This document shows, piece by piece, positions 49,694 through 61,879 of a DNA stretch of 64,000 nucleotides; within the stretch, counting starts at the first letter, position 1, and every line of letters starts with the position of its first letter. The DNA is from Octopus sinensis (lineage: Eukaryota). Where the stretch lies: the NCBI RefSeq assembly GCF_006345805.1, contig NC_042998.1:161758001-161822000 (forward strand), written 5' to 3'. Below the pieces are notes generated by a model that had not been told where the DNA came from, ran no database searches, and saw nothing but the letters and a program-made list of their open reading frames with translations. Position numbers and translations under genes: made by a program.

Positions 49694-50915
49694 TTTCTGC
49701 CAGAAATGTATATTTCTGCCTAGAAATATACATATATATTTCTAGGGACAAATGCACATATTCTTTCTCCTGTATATATAAGGCCAAAATTATTATATCG
49801 AAGTAAGCAGTTAGTGTTTCTGTGATGTACCTACACCCAATAGTCATCAAATATAGGTAAAATTCCCAAGTGAAAGCACCAGTATTTTGCATGTTTAGCT
49901 AAAATGACTCAGGATCTAATACTCATTATTGTCTCATGGTAAGGATCAAAAATAGGACGAATTTAATAATTTGAATTAAATTATAAAACTTACAATAAAA
50001 ATTGAAAGCTTTAAAGTATTTTGACATGTTTTTTATAATAATACAAAGGACTCTTTATTAATGAATTAAACTATTTTATAGTTAATATAATTTACAAAAT
50101 GACGTCAGATTTTGTTCTTTTTTTTTGTGAAGCCTTTTGACACAAGTCTTTCAGAGAAGATATGACGCAATAAAACCTTACAATTTAAAAAAAAAACATT
50201 GCCGTTTAAAGTCAAGTTTGATGTTTTCAAAGACTATTTTGATTTCCTTACTAACAGCTTTTATTTGCTTTCAAATCAATGCTCATTATTTATTTTTGAA
50301 GTGTCTAATTAATTACAAAGTAATAATGAATTAATTTTTACAGCTAATCATTGATTAAATCAAGTACTTTTTTTTTTATGAATTCAATACAGCAAAGAAA
50401 TTTTGATGAAAAGAAGTGGGGCCTTTACACAATGGCTTATAACAAGTTGCTAATTCCAGTTAGAAGCCAATGAAAATGATTTTCTTTACACTTTAACTCA
50501 TTGCTAATTTATAAGATGATTTTAAAAAAATATTGTTTTTCTAACAATAAGTTAATAACAAGTTGGTAATATAGTTTAAAAATGGCTGGTATGTGCAACA
50601 ATTTGAAACAAAAGCATTTACATAAATCTTAATAGTCATTGATTAATTGCTAATATAATCAGCCTTGTTGAAGCAGCGTTTCTATATCAGGTCAAAACTC
50701 TTTTGAAAGGTGCACACATATAGGGTCACATTACAAATTATCAAACATTTCACATAATTGAAGGTTAATGGCTGGTTGGAACATAGGGTATGTTGACAAA
50801 TTATTCCACAGTGATTCATATAAATCCAAAACATAACATCTGAATATGTGAATTATGGCATTTACTCTTCACTAAAAAGTAGTCATCTTTCTAACTTGAT
50901 AGATCTTCTCTAAGA

Positions 50916-51147
50916 AGGTGGCGAGCTGGCAGAAGTGTTAGCACACCGGGTGAAATGCTTAGCAGTATTTCGTCTGCCATTACGTTCTGAGTTCAAATTT
51001 CGTTGAGGTCAACTTTGCCTTTCATCCTTTCGGGGTTGATAAATTAAGTACCAGTTACGCCCTGGGGTCAATGTAATCAACTTAATCCGTTTGTCTGTTT
51101 TTGTTTGTCCCCTCTATGTTTAGCCCCTTGTGGGCAATAAAGGAATA
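50916..51147 (+). mobile_element. SINE B full length, tail type 2, with perfect 15-bp TSD
   Basis: agatcttctctaaga at 50901-50915 and 51148-51162. Confidence 0.95.
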
Positions 51148-51253
51148 AGATCTTCTCTAAGAGACACAGCTATTATATATAATGAGCAATTTTATCAATT
51201 TCAATATCTAAATAAAATCAAAGATAATATTTAAGGATAACATGCCTGTATAA

Positions 51254-51472
51254 TATTGGTAACAAATTTTGGCATAAAGCTATTAATTTTGGGGGAGGAG
51301 TAAGTCGATTATACTGAGCCCCAGTGCTCAACTGGAACTTATTTTGTCACCCCCAAAAGAATGAAAGGCAAAGTTGACCTCAGTGCAATTTGAACTCAGA
51401 ATGTAAAGACTGACGAAATGCTGCTAAGCATTTTGCCTGCTGTGTTAATGATTCTGCCAGCTCACTGTCTTA
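51254..51472 (-). mobile_element. SINE B, tail type 3
   Basis: B head and body followed by a different tail (reverse complement of aaattttggcataaagctattaattttggggg). Confidence 0.85.
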
Positions 51473-51724
51473 CGTGCATGTGTAATGATGAAACATCATC
51501 TAAAAGATAGTTTAAAATTTACATTTATTTTCTAAATGCAAAACTTCGTAGTAGAGTATTTGCATACAAATTAAAAAACTTAACCACTTTATGAAAAGCT
51601 TATAAATGCGTCAAAGGCAGTAAAGGCTCACAGATAAATAAGACATCAACCAATTTTGTTCTCATTCAATCAGGGTGGATGCTTCATTCATTTTAGAGAA
51701 AGTAAGCTTTTATTAAGTTTAGGT

Positions 51725-52120
51725 GCAGGAGTGGCTGTGTGGTAAGTAGCTTGCTTACCAACCACATGGTTCTGGGTTCAGTCCCACTGCGTGGCACCGT
51801 GGGCAAGTGTCTTCTACTATAGCCTCGTGCCGACCAAAGCCTTGTGAGTTGATTTGGTAGACGGAAACTGAAAGAAGCCTGTTGTATATATGTATATGTA
51901 TATATATGTGTGTTTGTGTGTCTGTGTTTGTCCCCCCCCCCAACATCACTTGACAACCGATGCTGATGTGTTTACATCCCCATAACTTAGCGGTTCGGCA
52001 AAAGAGAATGATAGAATAAGTACTAGGCTTACAAAGAATAAGTCCTGGGGTTGATTTGCTCGACTAAAGGTGGTACTCCAGCATGGCCACAGTCAAATGA
52101 CTGAAACAAGTAAAAGAGTA
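51725..52120 (+). mobile_element. SINE A full length (A1), used as reference copy
   Basis: tRNA-like head (tggctgtgtgg; ggttcagtccc), CORE-like gcaccgtgggcaagtgtcttc, internal (TA/TG)n, tail ending aagtaaaagagtaa. Confidence 0.95.
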
Positions 52121-52210
52121 AGTATAATACTTGTGTGTTTACTTCCATAGTACTATTTCTCAATGTTAGTAGATACCACTGGTATGTTGATGCAAGCTCT
52201 GCTACCAATC

Positions 52211-52887
52211 TTATTTTTTATTTTTTTCAGTCATTAGACTGCAGCCATGCTGAGGCATCACCTTGAAAAAATTTTAGTTGAATGTATCGATCCCAGTGCT
52301 TATTTTTTTTTAAAGCCTGGTACTCATTCTATTAGTTATTTTGCTGAACTGCTAAGTTACAGTGATGTAAACACACCAGTACCAGTTGTCAAGCAGTAGT
52401 GGTGGGGGACAGACACACACATATGACAGGCTTCTTTCAATTTCCATCTACCAAATCCACTCACATGGCTTTGGTCAGCCTGAGGTTATAGTAGAAGACT
52501 AGCTATTTTGATCCGTGCTTCGCTCGGGTTTTAGTGGTGGCGTTGTTTTGTGCATGTTGTCTCCTTTTCCCTTTCTTCTTTTGTTTGTCTTCTTTGCCTT
52601 TCCCATATTCCTCACCATGGCAACCAAACGGTAGCCCCGAATGACTTGCAACCCTCCTGACACCATTGCCCACCCCATTTTACCTCCCAGTATAAATTTT
52701 GGTTCCCTATCCGACCCCATCTACCACCCCTTAAACTGTTCCCATCACAAAATTAGATAAATAACCAAGAAATCAAACAACTTTTTCGCATTTCAGCTTT
52801 ATAGATATTGATATGTGATGCAATGGAATTGAACCCTAAACTATGTGGTTAGGAAGTGAGCTTCTTATCACACAGCCATGCCTGCAC
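52211..52887 (-). mobile_element. SINE A (A2) interrupted by a Helitron
   Basis: Head is broken at gtagaaga| and resumes at 52806. Confidence 0.85.
52499..52805 (-). mobile_element. Short non-autonomous Helitron, 307 bp
   Basis: Minus strand A|TCTATAAAG at 52805, 3' hairpin from ccgtgcttcgctcgg, and CTAG|T at 52502-52499. Inserted at A|T with no TSD; 3' end similar to 33102. Confidence 0.75.
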
Positions 52888-53502
52888 TTATTCATAGTTT
52901 ATTTTTCTTCAAATTTGGCTCTTATTTTTAGTAGGTCATGTGATCATATAAAACCTTCCCTGGTTGTCTAAACTATATATTGCTGCAAGTGATGGCTTCC
53001 TTAAGAACATCTCTATTAGACTCAGTAGCATGTGTATTTCAGTTACAATGGGTTTATTTTCAAAATGTTTCAAAAATAAGAGTAACTTTTCTTTTTCAGA
53101 ATAAATAGAAGCAAACCATTCTAGTTCTTTAGGCTGGTACAGTTCCTTGTATAATTATTCCAATCAATTGAGTATACTGTTATATAGTCTAATCGATTAA
53201 GTATAATATACGTTAATTAAGTTAACTTAATTGAAATAACTCTACAGTAGCTTATTGAATTGCTTATCTCAATATATCTCAATAATATATATATATCTTC
53301 TGTTTCAGTCGGAAATATATGTATTTTATGTAAGTCCACTCTATTTACAATATATAACAACAATTACAGTTAAAGCGTCTTTGGTTTTCTATTTGATATG
53401 AAAATTTTCCCTCAGTCAGTTCAAAGATTTCTTGTCAGTTCGATTGAGGAGCATTCAGCTGCTTGATCAACAGAATTCCTTCTTATAAAACTAATGTCTT
53501 AG

Positions 53503-53820
53503 GAACTGGTCCTCTGATGGTTGTGACAATGTGTGTTCCAGTTGATTTGATCAATGAAACAGCTTGCTAATAGAATTAATGTAGAAGTGGCTGAGCACAC
53601 CACAGACACACCTACTATTACACAGTTCTCAGGGAGATATTGCACAACACAAAATGTGACAAGGCTGGCCCTTTGGATTGCAGGTACAACACATTTTGCT
53701 AGCTGAGTGGACTGGAGCAATGAGAAATGAAATGTCTTGCTCAAAAATATGATGCACTACTAGGAATTAACCTCATGACCTTACAATCATGAGTCAAATA
53801 CCCTAACCACTAAGTCACAC
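53503..53820 (-). mobile_element. SINE C, tail type 2
   Basis: Homologous to 24566-25092. Confidence 0.85.
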
Positions 53821-53994
53821 AGTTTCACTCATATTAGTAGTTGAGTGCTCCACAGACACATTGTACCCTCAATTTTGCTTTTCAGATCAAATCAGCATTA
53901 CACATTAAGATAAGACTGTTCTATATTTTAGAGATGAGGAATTCTGAACATTATTTATGTTGGACAGATATGTGTCCTCAGTTTGTTTGTTGTT

Positions 53995-54041
53995 ACCACA
54001 GCATTTCAGCTGATTTACTCACCAGCCTTCATCAGGTGTCC
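53995..54041 (-). ncRNA. Degenerate minimal hammerhead, left arm
   Basis: GGACAC-CUGAUGA-A-GGCUG(GUGAGUAAAU)CAGCU-GAAA-UGCU^GUGGU; the stem III/U16.1 positions are mutated. Confidence 0.62.
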
Positions 54042-54058
54042 TGGTGGAATTTTGAATA

Positions 54059-54105
<47 letters not shown>

Positions 54106-54169
54106 CAACAACATCAGCAAAAGAGTACCTTAGGAATGAAAACCCAAGGTTGGGTTCAAAATTCCACCA

Positions 54170-54216
54170 GGACACCTGATGAAGGCTGGAGACTAAATTA
54201 GCCAAAACATTGTGGT
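54170..54216 (+). ncRNA. Degenerate minimal hammerhead, right arm
   Basis: GGACAC-CUGAUGA-A-GGCUG(GAGACUAAAU)UAGCC-AAAA-CAUU^GUGGU; G12 changed to A. Confidence 0.62.
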
Positions 54217-54902
54217 AACAACAAAGAAGATGAAGACACATCTGTCCAATGTAAATAATGTACATTAAGATAAGATTGAACCTTTGAAATAATGATACAA
54301 TCCAAAAAGAAAGAGGAGAACTAAGCCCAGTATTAGACTGTTACTTATCAACCTCATAAAGTGAACATTAAAGATGACCTTGATGGGACCTGAACTTAGA
54401 TCCCAGAGAGTTAGAATGAATATGTCAAAGTAATGTGGCTCAAAATAATGCCCACTAGGGTTTCTTTATTTTCAGCTTATGTCAGTGGAAAGCATTTCAA
54501 ATTGAATGACATAGTACCTTATTAAAATTGAAATGACAAAAAGAATAATTGGAAATATCTCTATGGTTGATTGTTGAATGAGTGGAATAAATAGAAGATT
54601 GGGAACCTGTCTTCAGCAGACCACTATAAAAGCTGGTATAAGTATGGACTATAACCAAGTAAAGATATAATGACAGAAATTTTCTTTTGAATTCAATTAG
54701 GGACAAGAGTTGAAAATCTGAAAGCATCAATGTTAGAACTTCTTGTTCTATTTACTAGTTTAGATGATCTGGCTGTGCTGGAATGATTCAAAGTGATTTT
54801 ATAATGTTAGGAAGGAACTGGAGTGTGTCTGCAAGAACTATATTTCAGCTGAGATAACTACAACAAGTTCATGTTGAAAACAACCAACCTTTATTTTGCA
54901 TT

Positions 54903-55297
54903 TAGGTGCAGGTATAGCTGTGTGGTAAGATGTTTGCTTCCCAACCAAATGCTTCTAAGTTCAGTCCCACTGCATGGCATCTTGGGCAAGCGTCTCCTGC
55001 TATAACCTCAGGCTGACCAAAGCTTGTAAGTGAATTTGGCTGATGGAAACTTAAAGAATCCTGACATGTATGTGTGATCATGTGTGTGTGTGTGTGTGCT
55101 TGTTTCTCAACAATGCTTAACAACCAGTGTAGGTTTGTTTATGTCCCCAATATAATAGAGTTTCAGAAAAAAGAGACTGATAGAATAAGTACCAGGCTTT
55201 AAAAACAAGGTACCAGGGTCAATTCATTTGACTAGAGAAGTTCTTTAAGGTGTTATCCCAGCATGGCAACAATCTAGTGACTAAAATAGGTAAAGGA
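54903..55297 (+). mobile_element. SINE A full length (A2)
   Basis: Head, (TG)n and tail present. Confidence 0.88.
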
Positions 55298-55359
55298 CTT
55301 TGACCCAAATTAAACTGGTGAAAATTAAATAAGTTTAGTATAGATGTGCATATCTTAGG

Positions 55360-56340
55360 AGCAATTCAGGTCATATTCATGATGATGCTTTGAAGAAATG
55401 GGAAAAGCATGATGAACTCAATGACGAGCTTAATATGCTGTTTGTCATTCATCATATCACCTCTGTTTATTGCTCTTCATAATAATTAATGATAAAATAA
55501 ATTAAGAATGTCAGGATTATATTTCCTATTGAACTTCTATACACTTAATCTGTTAAAACAAACTGTGAGATATGTTCAACATTTGATAGAGTATAATAAT
55601 GCCGAGACAGTAAACTGAAAGTAAAAACGACGAATACTAATGTATTGGTAGCGAAGGATATGAAATCCCACTATGACAGAAAAATGTCCTTAGTATACAA
55701 AATTGCTGTTGGCTGAAATTCATTTGATGGATTTACAAAAGGTGCCGAAGAGATGCATTTGAATTACTCAGGCTGGTTTATGAGAAGTAGTGGATAGCTT
55801 GCATTACCTAGGGAATATAATTCAGGAATGGTTGCAGGGAAATTGCAGTGGTCACAGATTGGATGAAGTAAGTAGTTCAGGAAACTGTTACTTTTATCAG
55901 CAATAAAAGGATGTTGTTACGAGCAGAAAGTAGACAGTAACAATTGTATGTGCATGTGTGCATGCATATGTGTGTGTGAGTGCATTGTGTATGTATGTGT
56001 GCATGGGTGTGTGTGTGAGATGTTTTACATGAGTTGTGAATGCAGAAGGTATAGAGATATTGAAGACGAATGGGCTGAGATTGGTTTATTGGATATGTAT
56101 CATTAACTTACTAGAAAAGAGAGTTGAAAAGGTGATGAGGTGCTATGGGTATTGTCTTCTATATGTGCTAAGCAGAAAGAGAGAGAGAAAGAAGGGGAGA
56201 GAGAGAGGGAGAGAGAAAGAGAGAGAGATGACTGCAGCTTTTTTATGTAATAAAATGGATAATAGATGCTGAGTGGAAATAATATGTGTTGACAGTAGAC
56301 GGTGCTTGTATTAGAGGTAGACAAAAGAATATTTAAGAGT
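55360..56340 (+). mobile_element. Degenerate RTE-clade LINE RT and C-terminal fragment
   Basis: LKVKTTNTNVLV; EVVDSLHYLGNII; FRKLLLL; VNAEGIEILKTNGLRLVYWIC; RGRQKNI. Microsatellites are inserted within it. Confidence 0.72.
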
Positions 56341-57465
56341 CAGTGGTTATGTCAAATCTGAGAATGTTGAGCCACACAGATACATGGTAGATACTGTATT
56401 TTAGACTCATGCAACACTGGAAAAATGGACACTAAAATAATGATTATAATAAATACAATGGAGTTTATTGTTTGCAAAGGACAATAAATTTGTTTTGTCT
56501 CTAAGATTCATGTTATCACATTCTTAACTTTTATTGTTATTTAAATTTCTCTTATCTAATAATGTTCATTTAAGTGAAACTAATGCTGAGTTGCCAACTG
56601 AATTCTTTCTCCATTTAATGTTTGTTGTACTTTTAATTGTATTTGTACAACTACTTTGACAAATTGAATTGAACAGAGCTTAGATTTGTTAATGTTTAAA
56701 ATTTATCTATACATCCTTTCATTTTTATCTGTAATCTCTAGATTGTTGTAAGAAAAAAAAAATATAGTGAGGTCAGTGCTATCATTTTTAACTCTTTTTA
56801 CCTATACTATTAATCTAAATATAGTCTTCAAACAATCAAATCATCCTGTTGAGATTATCTCATGATCTGATGTTTCCATGAAAAATCAAATGTTTAGTGT
56901 TCTCATTTATCATTCTTGAAAACTGAAATGTATTCCAATGCCTGTTTTTCTGTGTACATTTTATATTTTACCTAATAGTTTAAGAATCAAAATCACTGCA
57001 TCCTTTGTTTACAAAATTTACCAGAATTTTGGAATATGCTCTATGTTACATTGCTTTTTATTCTCTTGTTCTTTTTTTTTTTTTTGACACCTGTCATAAT
57101 AATATCTCTACTTTCTTACAATTTCTTTATTTTGAATCAACTTTATTACTTTCTCATTTCTATTTAACCATTATATGTAACAACTATGGCATCAACATCC
57201 AAATTCATAGACCATAAATTATAATATTTTCAATTTGTTGCTAAAGACCAAATTTATGGATATCGTTATTTCTCCTTGTCCTCATTATCATCATCATTAT
57301 TATCCTAATCATTAACTCTTATTGTTTTCTTCCTTTTCTTCCTCATTTGTTCACATTTACTTTCTTCTTAAAGAGCTTTTAATATTTTAGACTTCATCTT
57401 TGCCAAATGGATGTAGAAACGAAATAAACACATGTATGTAAACATACATTTTCCTGTTGAATCAC

Positions 57466-57528
57466 TTGTGTTCTTTCCCAGATCTCATTATCCCCTCAGA
57501 TATTTGTCTCAGTGCCAGAACAATTATG
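57466..57528 (-). CDS. Candidate 63-bp exon (IIVLALRQISEGIMRSGKEH)
   Basis: Acceptor gctgtttttcctatctag, donor AA|gtgatt, one frame open. Confidence 0.22.
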
Positions 57529-58203
57529 CTAGATAGGAAAAACAGCTAAGACAACTGTTATTCAAATTATAGAATTGAAAAAAATCAATCTTGCTAATGT
57601 AGTTACTCAAAACAATTTGTTAAACCTCTAAAAATTTGAGGGATATTACAAGCATGAATTTAACCATTCTATGTATGGTATAAATATTGCTTCTAGCCCT
57701 ATAAACATTTAAGCATCAGTTCAATTCCACCCAATCTTTGATTTATATATCTGTTTCTTCAAATTATAAAGAAAACATTTACAAACAATAATGACTTCTT
57801 AATTAAGTATAGTGTCTTACTGCAATACAGCAGATGAAATGGGAAGTTGTGATGCTTTTTTTTTATCTATGCTGCTATCAAATTCGGATAAAAACTTACA
57901 CACTACAATTATAACTAAATAACAAAATCAGTTTGCTTATATATTAATGCTACTCTGTTCATCCAAAATAGAAATTGATTTCTAAGACAGGCACATGGTT
58001 GCAGTTTGAAAGAGGGTTGTAGTTGATTATATTAGTACTAATTTTATTTTACCTTTTCCTGGATAAAAATAAAAATAAGTTGACTTTGAAATATATCATC
58101 ATCATCAATTTTGAAAATTCTCTGGAATATGACTATTTCTGAAAAAAAAGAAGAAAACTTACATATAATTTATAATTAACAAATATGCACATACTTTGAT
58201 GTT

Positions 58204-58398
58204 ATCATCATCATCATTTAACGTCTGTTTTCCATACTGGTATGGGTTGGACGGTTTGATAGGAACTGGTAAGGCCAGGGGCTGCACCAGGTTCCATAGT
58301 CTGTTTGGGCTTGATTTCTATGGCTGGATGCCCTTCCCAATGCCATCCACTTTACAGAGTGTACTGGGTGCTTTTTATGTGGCACCATCACCAGTGCT
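58204..58398 (-). mobile_element. Family E copy
   Basis: (CAT)n then ttaacgtctgttttccat...ggctggatgcccttccc. Confidence 0.85.
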
Positions 58399-58790
58399 TG
58401 TACCCAGTAATAACTTACAAATATTTTCAGTTTTGGTTTATGGTCATTTTTTCACAATTCATTGCATTTTTTGTTTTTAAATGTTACATCATATATATAT
58501 TTTGTGCTTCTATTTCTATCAAAAATTAATCAATATGTATAGTAAAATATTCTTGGAACTTAATTGTAACTTGGTCATAGTTCTCCTTGAGTAAATACAA
58601 GTGATTCACTCACCAGAGCACCACAACAACTAGCTTGTGGCTTCATGCCCTTTGTTTTCTGTATCACTTCTACTCTATTCTGTTTTCTTCTGAACTGGCC
58701 ACCTCAAGGCTACCCCTACCCAAGTACCTGATGCTCTTTCATTATTGCTTGTGTGTCTCCCTTTTCTTTGTAATTTTTTGTGTTCAGTCA

Positions 58791-59008
58791 AAGGTGGCAA
58801 GCTGGCAGAATTGTTAGCATACTGGGTGAAATGCATAGTGGTATTTTGTCTGTCTTTATGTTCTGAGTTCAAATTTTGCCAAGATCGACTTTACCTTTCA
58901 TTCTTTTGGGGTCGATAAATTAAGCACCAGTTGTATACTGAGGTCGATCTAATTGACTGGCCCCCTCCCACCAAATTTCAGGCCTTGTGCCTAGAATAAA
59001 GAAAAAAA
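58791..59008 (+). mobile_element. SINE B full length, tail type 1, CpG-decayed
   Basis: Colinear with 23946-24155. Confidence 0.9.
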
Positions 59009-59051
59009 TTTGTTGCATTCAGTAATTTCTCAACATACCTTTTAACTTACA

Positions 59052-59841
59052 TTTTATTTGTTTCATTTATTAGATTGTGACCATGCTGGGGCACCACCTT
59101 GAATGAATCGATCCCAGTATTTATTTTTCTTAAGCTTGGTACTTATTCTATCAGTCTCTTTTACTGAACCACTAAGTTACAGGAACGTAAATACACCAAC
59201 ACCAGTTGTCAAGCAGTGGTGGGGAACAAACACAGAAAAAGACAGACAGACACATATATACATATTAGGGACATGCCACCTAGGTAGGCAAGGTAGACAG
59301 TGCCTACCCTGAATAACATAGATTAATAGCAACATTTTCCTTTTATGGAAAAAATGTACATAGTTCAATAAAATTATGAAGGTTACTCTGATTACTATGC
59401 ATAAAATACAAAATATTTTATTTTTTTGTAGATTAGGTAGGCATAATTCGCCCCAAATCTTTAAATCTCAGTATTAAAGCTATCCATAGTACTGCTGTAG
59501 TACATGTGCAGTGTACATTCCTACAACATTTTCTTTATGTACTATAAAAGCAGAAGTAAATTCACCTTCAACTTAGTTGCATTGCCTGTATTTTGCTAAT
59601 TTTTTTGTTTGTTTTACTACATAAAGGTCACCAACTGCCTACCCTGAGTAATTACTGATGGCATGTGCCTGATACATACATACATGATAGGTTTCTTTCA
59701 GTTTCCATCTACCAAATCCACTCTCAAGGCTTTAGTCAGCCTGAAGCTATAGTAGAAGACTCTTGACCAAAGTGTCACACAGTGGGTCTGAACCCAGAAC
59801 CATGTGGGTGGGAAGCAAGCTTTTTACCACACAGCCATTCT
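59052..59841 (-). mobile_element. SINE A (A2) split by a hAT MITE
   Basis: Tail 59052-59255 and head 59685-59841. Confidence 0.85.
59266..59671. mobile_element. hAT-type MITE, 406 bp
   Basis: TIRs tagggacatgcca / tggcatgtgcctg; 8-bp TSD atacatat (59258-59265) and atacatac (59672-59679); subterminal tgcctaccctga repeats. Confidence 0.8.
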
Positions 59842-60182
59842 TAGATTCAAGAAAAGATGTACACGTAATGCAAGAACATTTCTACTCTTTTGTTTCATTA
59901 CAATTTGAAAATAGTGAATTCTTAGATGGTAAAGAGCAAAATGTAAGCCTCATTTTAATCTGAAACTGTCATACACACTATAGATTATTTTCAAAATTAG
60001 AAAACATAAAGAGAAATTTGCATCTTTTAAGGCTGTCATATTACTACTGCATTTGATGCAACTTTAAATGGAATTTAACAAGAACAGAAGAGAAGCTTCT
60101 GATTGCAATTATTAATTTTATGTCAATGGTGTGTCAACCAAAAACCGCAAGGAACATATTTTTGTAACACTCATTATTCATT

Positions 60183-60380
60183 ATCATGTTCATTTTACAT
60201 CTATTTTCCATGCTGGCCTGGGTCAGATAGTTTCACAGAACCTGAAAGGTCAGTAGTCTGTCTTGCTCCATTGCTTCAGTTTCGGTATGGCATCTATGGT
60301 TGAATGTTCTTCTTCGTCTTCTTAGCACAATTCCTTTTACAGAGTGTACTGGATGCTTTTTTATTTTTGTAGTACCAGTA
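60183..60380 (-). mobile_element. Diverged family E copy
   Basis: ttttccatgctggcctgggtc...ttttacagagtgtactggatgcttt. Confidence 0.65.
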
Positions 60381-60479
60381 TTACAAATCTCATTGCTTGA
60401 TCCATTGTGCAAACCATCTAGAGTATATGCTGGGTACTTTATATCATAGCACCAGAACTTGTGGTGTTGCCTTATCGCT

Positions 60480-61080
60480 CACAAGGCAAGAGAGAGACCT
60501 TCTCCACCACAACTGAAAGAGTAGAAAAAAAAAAGAATTTACAGATTTTCTGTTGGGAAGAGTAGTGTAGAGAGTAAAAGATGGAACAGTACTGTGGTTG
60601 GGGAACAACGGAAGAAGAAATAAGGTAAAGAGAAAGAGATTGGGGCCAGAGGGATAAGAATAATGATTGAGTAGGAGATACAGATATAGCTATCTCAAGG
60701 ATGAGTAGGGGAAACTCTGTGCTCTCCCACAATATGTATATCATCACCATTTTATAAATTGTCCAACCATTGTATAGGCTGGATTGTTTGTAAGGAATTG
60801 AGTCAGATTTTATTGAAGTTATTGTCAAGAGAGGGCAGTAGGGGAGAGATTTAACTGAAACAGTCTCAAGGAAAATGGTAATAAGAGGGAAATTTATAAA
60901 ATGGGGTCAAGAGCTGTAAAAGACAGTTGGAGAGTGACAAGGTTGGTATTGTGGGTTGAATAGAAGATAAAATGCTACCCATGTTACATAAGGGTAGATA
61001 AAGTTGTACACGATGATATATATAGAGATGGAGTGTATCTTCAGAAAGCAATCTCTCCCCACTTAGACATCATGATTCAG
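60480..61080 (-). mobile_element. Highly degenerate CR1/Jockey-like LINE C-terminal fragment
   Basis: Purine-rich plus strand; weak minus-strand motif remnants only. Confidence 0.4.
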
Positions 61081-61879
61081 AAGGATAGAGATAGCAGGAG
61101 TAGCAAGATGAGTAGTGATGGTGGTGGTGGTAGTTGTGGTGAGAAGATGGAAATGTTCAATGTACTCAGAGCAAGGTTTTTACTCTCAATTAATGTAACT
61201 TAAAAATTTTGTCAACTGGTCAGAACTAATTTTGACAGCTCAAGATCAAAATTCAGCCTCACAATCTTTTTACAGAATAGCTTGAATTCCAGTCAAACAG
61301 TGAAGGGAAAATTGGCTAAGGGTTTCCTTACTAAATGCATCACTGCTTGAGGAAGGCAAGAATAAGTAACCTTTTTGACTTCTTTAATTTTGTAAAGGTA
61401 TTTGAGTTTTGTCTGGAATATATTTAGAAAACTTCTGGTAGGGAAAAGCAACCAAGTGGACTAACATCAGAAATTGGCACTGCATTGCCATACTGAAGAT
61501 TGGTATGCTGTTTACCAGAAAATTCCATCTTTCCAAAGCCATTTCTTTGACTCTTTTGAAATTTTCATGAAAACAAATCACTCAGCTACACTCATATAAG
61601 CACACACACAACACACACACACACACACACACACACACTCAGATACAAACATACATATGCAAAGAAAATAAGAAAATTCTTCATAGCTGGACCAACAGAA
61701 AATGTTTGCATAAAAAAAATGGTTTCAAAACTTCTTGGTTGGAGGTCTTTCCTAGCTGTCTTACTTTCTGATTCTTTGTGGGAGGTGAGGATTATAAACA
61801 GAGTTGATAAATGCAAGTTATCTTGATAATAATAATTGCTGCAAATTTGTAAAATAGACTTTTGAAAATGAATTTAAAC

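Larger units (their letters stand above)
53916..54261. mobile_element. PLE-type insertion of two inverted terminal repeats around (AAT)n(AAC)n, with 14-bp flanking direct repeat
   Basis: Arms 53947-54056 and 54155-54262 are inverse copies; acattaagataaga occurs at 53902-53915 and 54262-54275. Confidence 0.85.

Noticed and set aside
50130-50660. TAAT/ATTA-rich stretch as a homeodomain-bound enhancer
   Set aside because: Such motifs are expected by chance at this AT content and no conservation data are available.
55361-55494. Protein-like frame GHIHDDALKKWEKHDELNDELNMLF as a host exon
   Set aside because: It is contiguous with the RTE RT remnant and better explained as LINE sequence.
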